A stretch of 64,000 nucleotides of DNA from assembly GCA_035650375.1 (NCBI GenBank), contig DASRHW010000105.1:4858-68857 (forward strand), given 5' to 3'. Under the pieces are notes generated by a model. It ran no database searches and was not told where the DNA came from. It worked only from the letters and a program-made list of their open reading frames with translations. Position 1 is the first letter of the stretch. Every line of letters begins with the position of its first letter. Origin of the DNA: Solirubrobacteraceae bacterium. GTDB lineage: Bacteria > Actinomycetota > Thermoleophilia > Solirubrobacterales > Solirubrobacteraceae. Shown piece after piece: positions 26,859-35,131 of the stretch. Made by a program: the position numbers and the translations under genes.

Positions 26859-28136
26859 GTGAACCAGAGGATACGGTGGTCCTGTGAGGATCCGCGTCAC
26901 TGTCCTGGTGCCGGCCGGCCAGTGACGCCTGAGCCCGTCACGCTGCGCTCGCTCTGGCTGCGCGTGTACCTGCCGGCGCTGATGTTCTTCCTCGCCGACG
27001 GCGCGATCCTGCCGATCATCGCGCTCGCCGCGCGTGACCTCGGTGCCTCGGTCGCCTTCGCCGGCTTCGTCGTCGCCCTGCGCTCGCTCGGGGTGCTCTT
27101 CTTCGACCTTCCCGGGGGCTGGATCATCGGCCGCTATGGCGAGCGCGTCGCCGTCGCCTTCGCCTCGACCTGCTTCGCGGCCACGCTGCTCGGCTGGATC
27201 GTCAGTGACTCACTGACCGTCTTCGCAGTGCTGGCGTTCGTCCAGGGCAGCGGCTGGTCCGTCTGGCAGCTGGCACGGATGTCCTACGTCGCCGGCGTCG
27301 TCGGGCCCGACCTGCGCGGACGAGCGTTGTCGATCCTTGGCGGCATCTCGCGCCTCGGCTGGTTCATCGGGCCGTTCCTCGGAGCGGCCGCGATCGCGAT
27401 CGGCGGCTTTCACGCCGCCTACGCGCTCGCGCTCGCGCTCGCGCTGCTCGCGGCCGTGCTGCTGTTCCGCTACTCGAGCGCGAACGAAGGCCGCGACGAG
27501 CACGGCGACGAGCCGTCGACGCTGTTCGTCGTCATTCGCAGACATCGCCACGAGCTGCTGACGGTCGGCTGGGCGGCGCTGGCGATGCAGGCGCTGCGTG
27601 CGGCGCGCTTCGCGATCGTCCCGCTCTGGGCCGATCACATCGGCCTCTCCACGGCGACGATCGGCGTCCTCTTCGGCATCTCGACCGGCGTCGAGCTCCT
27701 GTGCGTGTATCTGGGCGGCAGCATCATGGATCGGCACGGCCGCAAGGCCGTCGCCGTCCCCTCGATCGCGCTGATCGCCGCCGGGATCGCGATGTTGCCG
27801 CTGACCCACCACCTGTGGTCGCTGACGCTGGTGGCGATCCTGCTCGGGCTCGGCAACGGCATCTCGAGCGGGCTCAACATGACGCTCGGCGCCGACCTCG
27901 CGCCGGCGACCGGACGCGCCCAGTTCCTCGGTGTCTGGCGCGTGTTCGGCGACATCGGCACCGCGGGCGGGCCGCTCGCGATCGCCGCCGTCACCGGGTT
28001 GCTGACGCTCGGCGGCGCCGCCGTGACGTGCGGCGCGATCGGCCTGCTGGCCGCGGCGATGATCCACCGGCTCGTTCCGGAGACCAAGCAGCGCGCGCTC
28101 GCGGGCGCTGCTCTGGCCGAACCTGCCGACGGCTAG
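26859..28136 (+). CDS. MFS transporter
   Basis: About 12 hydrophobic segments and an MFS-like loop motif (..DLPGGWIIGRYGER..). Start uncertain: GTG at 26859 or GTG at 26922. Confidence 0.8.
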   Translation: MNQRIRWSCEDPRHCPGAGRPVTPEPVTLRSLWLRVYLPALMFFLADGAILPIIALAARDLGASVAFAGFVVALRSLGVLFFDLPGGWIIGRYGERVAVAFASTCFAATLLGWIVSDSLTVFAVLAFVQGSGWSVWQLARMSYVAGVVGPDLRGRALSILGGISRLGWFIGPFLGAAAIAIGGFHAAYALALALALLAAVLLFRYSSANEGRDEHGDEPSTLFVVIRRHRHELLTVGWAALAMQALRAARFAIVPLWADHIGLSTATIGVLFGISTGVELLCVYLGGSIMDRHGRKAVAVPSIALIAAGIAMLPLTHHLWSLTLVAILLGLGNGISSGLNMTLGADLAPATGRAQFLGVWRVFGDIGTAGGPLAIAAVTGLLTLGGAAVTCGAIGLLAAAMIHRLVPETKQRALAGAALAEPADG

Positions 28137-28140
28137 AGCG

Positions 28141-28950
28141 TCAGACCGAGCGTGCCCGCCGCGCCAGCGCGACCGTCGCGGCACGCACGCCGTCGGCGGT
28201 GACAACCGGTTCGGCGAAGCCGACACGGACCGCCGCGACGCCGCGCGGCGTGGCGGCGCGCAGGTCGAGGCCGTAGCGGTCGAGCCGCACGCAGCCGGCC
28301 TCGGTCGCGTCCGGATGGCCGCCGAGCGCTCGCGTCATCTCCAGCAGCGCGTCGGCATGGTCGGCATTGAGATGCGCGATCGCCCCGTCGGCGCTCGCGG
28401 CGGTCGGGTCCGGCTCGGCTGTCGCGTAGGCGGCAGCGTCGGCGGAGTCCATGCGGCCGTAGCCACCGACCCAGCGGACACGCTCGACCTCGAGCACGAA
28501 CAGCGAGAAGTCACCGAACGCCGAATAGATCTCAGCGCTCGGAATCGCCGCGATGTGGGCCGCGCGGGCGGCCTCCTCGTCGTCGCCTTCCGGGCGCCGC
28601 ACACGGCCCGCGAGCGTCACACGCGAGCTGTCGAGCGGATCGCCGCCACGCGGGTCGGCGACGATCACGAGGCTCGCGCGCGGATCGGCGTGCAGGTTGC
28701 GACCGTGCTCGGCGAGCGTCGACACGTACAGCACAGGCGAGCCGTCGCTCATCGCCCCGTAGGTGACCATCGATGCCCAAGGGTCGCCGTCCTCAGTCAG
28801 CGTCGCGAGCGACGCGACCTTCACCGTGGCCGCGAGCGTGCGCGCCTCCTCGGCGGCGCTGCGCCGGCGCGACTCGGGAACCTCGAGCAGGGGCGGAGCC
28901 GGCGACAGCGGAGCGTCCCCGACCACATCGTGATCGATCAGGTCAGTCAT
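28141..28950 (-). CDS. HugZ-like heme-utilisation protein (PNPOx-like split barrel + DUF2470)
   Basis: N-terminal pyridoxamine-5'-phosphate-oxidase-like barrel (..VASLATLTEDGDPWASMVTYG..LYVSTLAEHGRNL..) and C-terminal DUF2470-type ..IAHLNADHADALLEM... It is divergent from the heme ABC operon, and an iron box overlaps its start codon. Confidence 0.75.
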   Translation of the reverse strand: MTDLIDHDVVGDAPLSPAPPLLEVPESRRRSAAEEARTLAATVKVASLATLTEDGDPWASMVTYGAMSDGSPVLYVSTLAEHGRNLHADPRASLVIVADPRGGDPLDSSRVTLAGRVRRPEGDDEEAARAAHIAAIPSAEIYSAFGDFSLFVLEVERVRWVGGYGRMDSADAAAYATAEPDPTAASADGAIAHLNADHADALLEMTRALGGHPDATEAGCVRLDRYGLDLRAATPRGVAAVRVGFAEPVVTADGVRAATVALARRARSV

Positions 28951-28963
28951 TAGGTGAGCCTAA
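28950..28963. promoter_or_regulatory. DtxR/IdeR-type iron box core TTAGGTGAGCCTAA
   Basis: Perfect TTAGG-N4-CCTAA palindrome. The 19-mer from 28950 matches 15/19 of TWAGGTWAGSCTWACCTWA. It overlaps the ATG of the HugZ-like gene. Confidence 0.7.
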
Positions 28964-28982
28964 CTCATTCCCCGATTCTTTG

Positions 28983-28996
28983 TTAGGGTCACCTAA
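28983..28996. promoter_or_regulatory. DtxR/IdeR-type iron box core TTAGGGTCACCTAA
   Basis: Perfect TTAGG-N4-CCTAA palindrome whose last A is the A of the binding-protein ATG (28996). Confidence 0.7.
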
Positions 28997-29862
28997 TGCG
29001 CTTACGCCGCCTCGTGGCCGCCTTGGCCTGCGCCGCGGCCCCCACGCTTGTTTCGAGCAACGCCGCGTACGCCCAGACGACGCCCGAGCGGATCGTCGCG
29101 TTGAGCCCGTTCACCGCCAACACGCTCGCCGCGCTCGGTGTGACGCCGATCGGCATCGGCCAGACGCTCGGAGGCCACGACCGCCTCGACCCGTCGCTGC
29201 GCGGCGTCACGGCCCTGCCGCTGTCGCATCCCAACGGCCCCAACCTCGAGCAGCTCGCGGCACTCAACCCGCAGCTCGTCTTCTCGACGCCGACGTGGAA
29301 GCGCGGCGCGGCGGCGATGCGCGGCCTGGGGATGACCGTCGTCGAGAGCGAGCCGCGAACCGTCGCCGGCGTCGTCGACCAGACCCGCCGGATCGGCGGC
29401 CTCGTCGGTCGCCCCGCGGAGGCGCGGGAGCTGACGAGCAGGATCGAGAAGGAGATCGCCGCGGCCCGGCGCGGCATCCGCACGCATCCGAGCGTGCTGC
29501 TGATCGTCGGCGTCGGCAGAACGCCGTACGCGGCGCTCGCGAACAGCTGGGGCGGTGACGTGATCCGGCAGGCGGGCGGGCGCCTGCTGACCCGCGGCCT
29601 GCACGCCAGCGGCGGCCTCGCGCGGATTTCCAACGAGACCGTCGTCGATCGCGATCCCGACATCATCATCGCCGTCCCCCACGGCAGCGCCGCGGACATC
29701 CCGAAGCTCGCCAAGTACCTGCGGACGAACCCGGCGTGGCGCACGACGAAGGCGGCCCGCGACAAGCGGATCTACGTCTCGACCGACGACTCGCTGCTTC
29801 AGGCATGGCCCGATCCGGGCCGCGTGATCGCCACGGTGCGGCGCTCGTTCCTGAAGAACTAG
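28996..29862 (+). CDS. heme/iron-complex ABC transporter substrate-binding protein (HmuT/BtuF-like)
   Basis: Signal peptide MRLRRLVAALACAAAPTLVSSNAAYA, then ..ERIVALSPFTANTLAALGV.., typical of cluster-A (type 8) binding proteins. First gene of the T-U-V operon. Confidence 0.8.
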   Translation: MRLRRLVAALACAAAPTLVSSNAAYAQTTPERIVALSPFTANTLAALGVTPIGIGQTLGGHDRLDPSLRGVTALPLSHPNGPNLEQLAALNPQLVFSTPTWKRGAAAMRGLGMTVVESEPRTVAGVVDQTRRIGGLVGRPAEARELTSRIEKEIAAARRGIRTHPSVLLIVGVGRTPYAALANSWGGDVIRQAGGRLLTRGLHASGGLARISNETVVDRDPDIIIAVPHGSAADIPKLAKYLRTNPAWRTTKAARDKRIYVSTDDSLLQAWPDPGRVIATVRRSFLKN

Positions 29863-30930
29863 ATGGCCGCTCTCGAGGAGACTCCGCGGGCGGCCGCCGA
29901 GATGCTCGACCCACACCAGATCGTCGCCCGCCCACCCGGCGCCGACCTGCGCCGGGCGCTCGTGCTCGTCACGGCGGCGGCGGCGCTGGTCGCCGCGGCC
30001 GCGGCGTCCCTGACACTCGGCGCCGTCCACGTGCCGTTGCGCGACGTCGTCGACGCGCTGACCGGCCAAGCCGAGGACGGGCCGCTGAAGCAGATCGTGC
30101 TGCAGCTTCGCCTGCCGCGGACGATCGACGCGATCCTCGTCGGCGCCGCGCTGGGAACCGCCGGCGCGGTGCTGCAGGGCGCGCTCGGCAACCCGCTCGC
30201 GTCTCCCGACGTCATCGGCGTCACCGGCGGCGCCGGCTTCGGTGCGGTGCTGATCCTGCTCGTGTTCCCGGGCGCGATCGCGCTGCTGCCGATCGGGGCG
30301 CTCGTCTGCGGCAGCCTGGCCGCGGCGCTCGTCTTCGCGATCTCCTGGTGGGGGCCCGACGCGGGCAGCATCGGCAAGCTGCTGCTCGCGGGCATCGCCG
30401 TCGGCTCGTTCTTCTTCGCCGCGACGACGTCGATCATGGTGATCTACAGCGACCGCGTGCAGTCGGCGGTGTTCTGGATCGCGGGCGGCCTGAGCTCGGA
30501 GGGCTGGCAGTCGACGCGCGCCGTCTGGCCCTACTTCATCGTCGGCTTCATCGCCGCGATCGCGCTGATGCGACCACTCGACCGGCTCGCGCTCGGCGAC
30601 GACGTCGCGGCGTCGCTCGGCGCTCGCCCGCGGCTCGTGCGGCTGACGGCCTGCGCGACGGCGGCCGTGCTCGCGGCCGCGGCCGCGTCGCTCGCCGGGC
30701 TGCTCGGCTTCCTCGGCCTCGTCACCCCCCACCTCGTCCGCCTCGCCGGCGGCGACTCGAGCCACACGTTCGTCATCCCCGCGTCGGCGCTTTCCGGCGC
30801 GGCGATCCTACTCGCGGGCGACACGCTGGCACGTGTCGTGGCGGCGCCGGTGGAGCTGCCCGTCGGCCCGTTCATGGTCGCGCTCGGCGTGCCGTTGTTC
30901 CTCTGGCTGCTGCGCAAGACGACCGTATGA
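29863..30930 (+). CDS. FecCD-family ABC permease (HmuU-like)
   Basis: The start abuts the previous stop. ..LRLPRTIDAILVGAALGTAGAVLQGALGNPLASPDVIGVTGGAG.. is the FecCD signature. About 10 TM segments. Confidence 0.9.
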   Translation: MAALEETPRAAAEMLDPHQIVARPPGADLRRALVLVTAAAALVAAAAASLTLGAVHVPLRDVVDALTGQAEDGPLKQIVLQLRLPRTIDAILVGAALGTAGAVLQGALGNPLASPDVIGVTGGAGFGAVLILLVFPGAIALLPIGALVCGSLAAALVFAISWWGPDAGSIGKLLLAGIAVGSFFFAATTSIMVIYSDRVQSAVFWIAGGLSSEGWQSTRAVWPYFIVGFIAAIALMRPLDRLALGDDVAASLGARPRLVRLTACATAAVLAAAAASLAGLLGFLGLVTPHLVRLAGGDSSHTFVIPASALSGAAILLAGDTLARVVAAPVELPVGPFMVALGVPLFLWLLRKTTV

Positions 30931-31733
30931 GCGCGCCGCTGCTGGAGGTCTCGGGCGCACGCGTGACGATCGGCGAGGCGACGATCCTCAAGGACGCGAG
31001 CCTGACCGTCGACGCCGGTCGCCTCGTCGCCGTCGTCGGGCCCAACGGCGCCGGCAAGTCGACGCTGGCTCGCGCGGCAGCAGGCCTGCAGCCGCTGACG
31101 AGCGGCAGCGTCCGCTGGAGCGGTGAGGACATCGACAGCCTGCGCGGACGCCGGCTTGCGCGCCGGCGCGCGTTCATCCCGCAGCGGGCGCGCGTCCCCG
31201 GTGGCCTGCGCGTGGCCGACGCGGTCGCGATCGGCCGTTCGCCACACGTCGGGGCGTTCCATCGCCCGACGAGCGCAGACCGCGAGGCGGTCGCCCGGGC
31301 AATCGTCCGTGCCGGCGTCGGCGACCTGGCCCAGCGCCAGCTGACGACGTTGTCAGGAGGAGAGCTCCAGCGCGTGCAGATCGCGGTCGCGCTCGCGCAG
31401 GACGCTCCGGCGCTGATCGCCGACGAGCCGACGTCGCATCTCGACCTCGGCGCGGCGGCGAGCGTCGCTCGGCTGCTCCGCGGCCTCGCCGACGACGGCC
31501 TCGCGGTCGTCCTCGTCGTCCACGACCTCGCGCTCGCGGCGGCGATCGCCGACGAGGTCGTCGTCATCTCGCACGGCCGCTCGGTCGCCGGCGGGCCGGC
31601 CGCCGAGGTGCTCGAACGCGAGCGCCTGGCCGACGTCTGGCGGATCGACGCACAGCTCGAGACGAGCCCCGGCAGGACGGCGCTGCACGTCGCCTGGCTC
31701 GGCGAACCCACCACCCAGATGGAGAACCGATGA
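30927..31733 (+). CDS. ABC transporter ATP-binding protein (HmuV-like)
   Basis: ATGA overlap. Walker A GPNGAGKST, signature LSGGELQR, Walker B LIADEPTSHLD. Confidence 0.9.
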   Translation: MSAPLLEVSGARVTIGEATILKDASLTVDAGRLVAVVGPNGAGKSTLARAAAGLQPLTSGSVRWSGEDIDSLRGRRLARRRAFIPQRARVPGGLRVADAVAIGRSPHVGAFHRPTSADREAVARAIVRAGVGDLAQRQLTTLSGGELQRVQIAVALAQDAPALIADEPTSHLDLGAAASVARLLRGLADDGLAVVLVVHDLALAAAIADEVVVISHGRSVAGGPAAEVLERERLADVWRIDAQLETSPGRTALHVAWLGEPTTQMENR

Positions 31734-32788
31734 CACCGACACGCCGAATCGCCGCGATCGTGGCCGCCTTCGCCGCGCTGGGGGCGGCACCGGCCGCCGC
31801 CACGGCCGCGGCGCCCGCGGCCTCCGGCAGCTCGACGTTCGAGCTCCGCGGCCCGATCGCCGCCGCGCTCGGGCACACCAGCGTCACGGCGAAGCTGGCC
31901 GTCACCGACGGTGCGCTCGGCACGACGACGGACCTGGCCCATCGGCGCACGCTCGTGCTCGGCCGGGCGCGGCTGACGTCGGTACGGGTTCAGGTTGCCG
32001 CGGGCACGACCGTCAGCGCGCTCGTCGGCGGCAAGCGCGTGACCCTGTTCACGCTGCGCGACAGGCCCAGTGTCAACGCCGACACCGGCCTCGTGCGTCT
32101 CACCAGCGGGGCTCTGCGGCTGACGTCGGCGGGTGCGAAGGCGCTCGCCGCGCGCCTCGGCGTGAAGAAGCTCGCCGTGGGACCGGCCGGCACCCTGACG
32201 GTGCGCGCCGAGCTCCCGGACGCCGAGCCGCCCGTGCTCGCGCGGCCGAAGACGGCCGTCGCCGTCAAGACGGCCGCGATCACGTGGCACGTGCGCGAGT
32301 CGTTCGTCCGCTACATCAACACCGGCGAGGGGCTCCGCGCCTCGAACGGCGCGACCGCGGGTCCCGCGACGACGACGGCCGAGAGCAACACATCGCTCGT
32401 CTACGACTTCGGCTTCGCCTTCGTCCAGGGCTGGTTCGATCCGGCGAGCGGGCGGGCATGGCTGTCGTTCCGCGGCACCGTGACGTTCAGCTACCTCGGC
32501 CACGGCATCGACCTCGACGCGAAGAACCCGGAGATCGAGCTGACCGGCTCGGCGTCGCGAGCGATCTTCCGCTTCGACGGCCGCCACGACACGCAGCCCG
32601 GCAACCGCCGCGGCGTGCTCGCCCAGCTGCAGCCGGACAAGGCGGTGACGACGATCGTGGCCGGAACCCGTACGTACGCACAGATCCCGGCCACGATCCC
32701 CAAGGAGGCGGCCAGCTCGGTCTTCGCCGGCTACTACCTGCCCGGAGCCGCGTTCGGCAGCTTCGCTGTGTCGCTGACCACCGCGTGA
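31730..32788 (+). CDS. HtaA-domain heme-binding/heme-receptor protein (secreted)
   Basis: ATGA overlap with the ATPase. Signal peptide present. The C-terminal half carries HtaA-domain hallmarks (..ITWHVRESFVRYINTGEG..FRGTVTFSYLGHGIDLDAKNPEIEL..AGYYLPGAAFGSF..). The N-terminal roughly 170 aa are unassigned. Confidence 0.75.
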   Translation: MTPTRRIAAIVAAFAALGAAPAAATAAAPAASGSSTFELRGPIAAALGHTSVTAKLAVTDGALGTTTDLAHRRTLVLGRARLTSVRVQVAAGTTVSALVGGKRVTLFTLRDRPSVNADTGLVRLTSGALRLTSAGAKALAARLGVKKLAVGPAGTLTVRAELPDAEPPVLARPKTAVAVKTAAITWHVRESFVRYINTGEGLRASNGATAGPATTTAESNTSLVYDFGFAFVQGWFDPASGRAWLSFRGTVTFSYLGHGIDLDAKNPEIELTGSASRAIFRFDGRHDTQPGNRRGVLAQLQPDKAVTTIVAGTRTYAQIPATIPKEAASSVFAGYYLPGAAFGSFAVSLTTA

Positions 32789-32851
32789 TGAGGGGCGTGC
32801 CGCCCGTCCGGGGCGAGCGTCTCCTCACCACTCTCCGGGTATGGCAGAGCC

Positions 32852-33061
32852 ATGACAGAGACCACGACGTACAAGATCGTGCAGATCGCCGGAACGAGCC
32901 CGAACGGCATCGACGAGGCGATGCGCAACGGCGTCAGCCGCGCCGCCGCGACGCTGCGTAATCTCGACTGGGTCGAAGTGACATCAATCCGCGGTCACCT
33001 CGATGGCGAGGCGATCGCGCACTACCAGGTCGAGATGAAGATCGGTTTCCGTATCGAATAG
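32852..33061 (+). CDS. dodecin-family flavin-binding protein
   Basis: 69 aa. ..YKIVQIAGTSPNGIDEAMRNGVSRAAATLRNLDWVEVTSIRGHL..HYQVEMKIGFRIE matches the dodecin pattern. Confidence 0.8.
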   Translation: MTETTTYKIVQIAGTSPNGIDEAMRNGVSRAAATLRNLDWVEVTSIRGHLDGEAIAHYQVEMKIGFRIE

Positions 33062-33074
33062 CCAGGAGCGACAC

Positions 33075-33347
33075 ATGGATCTCAAGCGATTCACCAAGAA
33101 GGCGAAGGACGCCTTCGACGAGCACGGCGGCACCGACGGGCTCAAGGACGACGTCGGCCGCGCGCGCGAAGCCGTCAGCACGCCGGGCAGCATCAAGGAC
33201 AAGGCGCTCGCGGTGAAGGATGCGCTCACGAGCAGGCCCGACGACGCGGCGACGGCCGATGACGCGCCGACCGACGCGCCGGCGGCCGAAGCACCGGCGG
33301 CCGATGACGCGCCCAGCGGCGGCCAGACACCGCCCGCGGCTGCCTGA
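33075..33347 (+). CDS. hypothetical small acidic low-complexity protein
   Basis: 90-aa ORF 13 nt after dodecin. Lys/Asp-rich N-terminus, Ala/Asp/Pro-rich tail. A strong hairpin follows. Confidence 0.5.
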   Translation: MDLKRFTKKAKDAFDEHGGTDGLKDDVGRAREAVSTPGSIKDKALAVKDALTSRPDDAATADDAPTDAPAAEAPAADDAPSGGQTPPAAA

Positions 33348-33348
33348 C

Positions 33349-33380
33349 GCGCCGCGGCCTCATCGCGGAGGCCGCGGCGC
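33349..33380. terminator. 13-bp perfect stem hairpin GCGCCGCGGCCTC-N6-GAGGCCGCGGCGC between convergent genes
   Basis: Read directly. It starts 2 nt after the stop at 33347 and ends 8 nt before the minus-strand stop at 33388. Confidence 0.6.
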
Positions 33381-33387
33381 GCAGCGC

Positions 33388-35055
33388 TCAGTGGAGTGCG
33401 AGGCGCTGGTGGACCAGGCGAATCGCCATCGAGCCCTCGCCGACGGCTGACGCGACGCGCTTGACCGACGCCGAGCGCACGTCGCCGACGGCGAAGACGC
33501 CCGGCAGGCTCGTCTCGAGGAAGTGGGGTCCGTCGTCGTCGCCGTACTGGGCGAGATCGTCGTCCGGGACGTCGCGCCCGGCAAGCAGGAAGCCGTGCTC
33601 GTCCATCGCGACGTGGCCACGCAGCCAGTCGGTGTGTGGCGACGCGCCGATGAAGACGAACAGCGCCTTGACCTCGACCTCACGCCGTTCGCCACTGCGC
33701 GTGTCGGCGACGACGACGGCCTCGAGCGCGGTGTCGCCCTTGAGCTCGACGACCTCGCCGTAGGTCAGCACCTCGATCTGCTCGCGCTGCTCGATCTCGT
33801 CGATCAGGTAGCGCGACATCGACTTCGCGAGATCCCCGCCGCGGATCATCAGCTGGCAGCGCGAGGCGTGCCTCGACAAGAACATCGCCGCCTGACCGGC
33901 CGAGTTGCCGCCGCCGACGACGAGCACCGGATCATTGCTGCACATCTGCGCCTCCGCCTGCGTCGCGGCGTAGTAGACGCCGACGCCCTCGAAGCGCTCG
34001 AGGTCGGCGACGCCGAGCCGGCGGTACTGCGCCCCGGTCGCGACGATGACGGTGCGGCCGTTGACGACCTGCCCGTCCGCGAGCTGCACCCCGTAGTGAC
34101 CGTCCTCACGCACGAGACCGACCGCATCGGCGGGAACGACCAGGCGCGCACCGAGACGGCGGGCCTGCAGCGTCGCGCGCGTCGTCAGCTCGCCACCCGA
34201 GACCCCGGTCGGGAAGCCGAAGTAGTTCTCGATCCGGGCCGAGGTGCCCGCTTGGCCGCCGAAGGCGACCGCGTCGATCGCCTGTGTGTCGAGCCCCTCC
34301 GACGCGCCGTAGACCGCGGCGGCGAGGCCGGCCGGCCCGCAACCGACGATCACCACGTCGCACATCGCCGGCGGAGGCCCCTGCGTGCTCAGCCCCAGCA
34401 TCGCGCCGAGCTCGGCGTTCGACGGGTTGCGAAGGACGCCCCTGCCGCCGACGACGACGGGCGTCTCCGAGGCGCTGATCGCGAGTGCCCGCAGCAGCGC
34501 GTCCGCCTCGTCGTCGTCCTCGAGATCCATCCACCGGTACGGCATCCGGTTGCGTGCGAGGAACTCGCGCAGGCGGCGGGTGTCACGCGAGAAGCGCGAG
34601 CCGATCAGCTTCACTCCGGCTCCGAGGTCGATCAGGATCGTTCGCCGCGAGAGGAACGCGCGCAGGATCACGTTGCTGAGCTCCTCATCGTCGGCGACAA
34701 GCTCGCGCAGCCTGGCGGCAGGCACCTGGATCACCTCGCCGGCGTCGCGGACGACCGCCGACAGGTACGCCGGCGCACCGGTGAGCAGGTTGATCTCCCC
34801 GATGAAGCGGTGGCGGCCGTGGACGGCGACGACGCGGTTCTCCTGCCCATAGCCCTCGACGATCGCGACCGCGCCCGACTCGACGACGAAGAAGTCGTAG
34901 CCGGCATCGCCGGCGGCGAACAGCACCTCACCAGGCTCGACGGCGCGCACGACGCCGGCATCGCGCAGCCGTCGGCGCTGGTCCTCACTGAGCCGCGGAA
35001 AGGCGCCCTCGCGATCCGGCGGCTCCTCCATCCCGGCACCGAGCTGCTGGCTCAT
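33388..35055 (-). CDS. cyclic-nucleotide-binding domain protein fused to thioredoxin-reductase-like FAD/NAD(P) oxidoreductase (no CxxC)
   Basis: N-terminal cNMP-binding beta-roll (..GEVLFAAGDAGYDFFVVESGAVAIV..FIGEINLLTG..). C-terminal TrxR-like fold (VVIVGCGPAGLAAAVYGASEGL, VVGGGNSAGQAAMFL, GVFAVGDVR). Where TrxR has CATC this reads AATQ. Start at 35055 or 35031. Confidence 0.85.
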   Translation of the reverse strand: MSQQLGAGMEEPPDREGAFPRLSEDQRRRLRDAGVVRAVEPGEVLFAAGDAGYDFFVVESGAVAIVEGYGQENRVVAVHGRHRFIGEINLLTGAPAYLSAVVRDAGEVIQVPAARLRELVADDEELSNVILRAFLSRRTILIDLGAGVKLIGSRFSRDTRRLREFLARNRMPYRWMDLEDDDEADALLRALAISASETPVVVGGRGVLRNPSNAELGAMLGLSTQGPPPAMCDVVIVGCGPAGLAAAVYGASEGLDTQAIDAVAFGGQAGTSARIENYFGFPTGVSGGELTTRATLQARRLGARLVVPADAVGLVREDGHYGVQLADGQVVNGRTVIVATGAQYRRLGVADLERFEGVGVYYAATQAEAQMCSNDPVLVVGGGNSAGQAAMFLSRHASRCQLMIRGGDLAKSMSRYLIDEIEQREQIEVLTYGEVVELKGDTALEAVVVADTRSGERREVEVKALFVFIGASPHTDWLRGHVAMDEHGFLLAGRDVPDDDLAQYGDDDGPHFLETSLPGVFAVGDVRSASVKRVASAVGEGSMAIRLVHQRLALH

Positions 35056-35131
35056 CCGCCGGCACGCTATCGAGTCGGCGCCTCCAACCCATGTACGACG
35101 ATCGTCCAGTTCCGGTGACGCGCCGGTACCC

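Noticed and set aside
28951-28995. Cobalamin riboswitch or B12 uptake role for the BtuF-like binding protein operon.
   Set aside because: The intergenic region is only 45 bp and is filled by two iron boxes, so there is no room for a riboswitch. The HtaA and HugZ-like neighbours point to heme.
33075-33347. Small acidic protein as an Rv0909-like antitoxin of a toxin-antitoxin pair.
   Set aside because: The similarity is only compositional (Lys/Asp-rich N-terminus). No toxin-like partner gene is adjacent; the neighbours are dodecin and a terminator hairpin.
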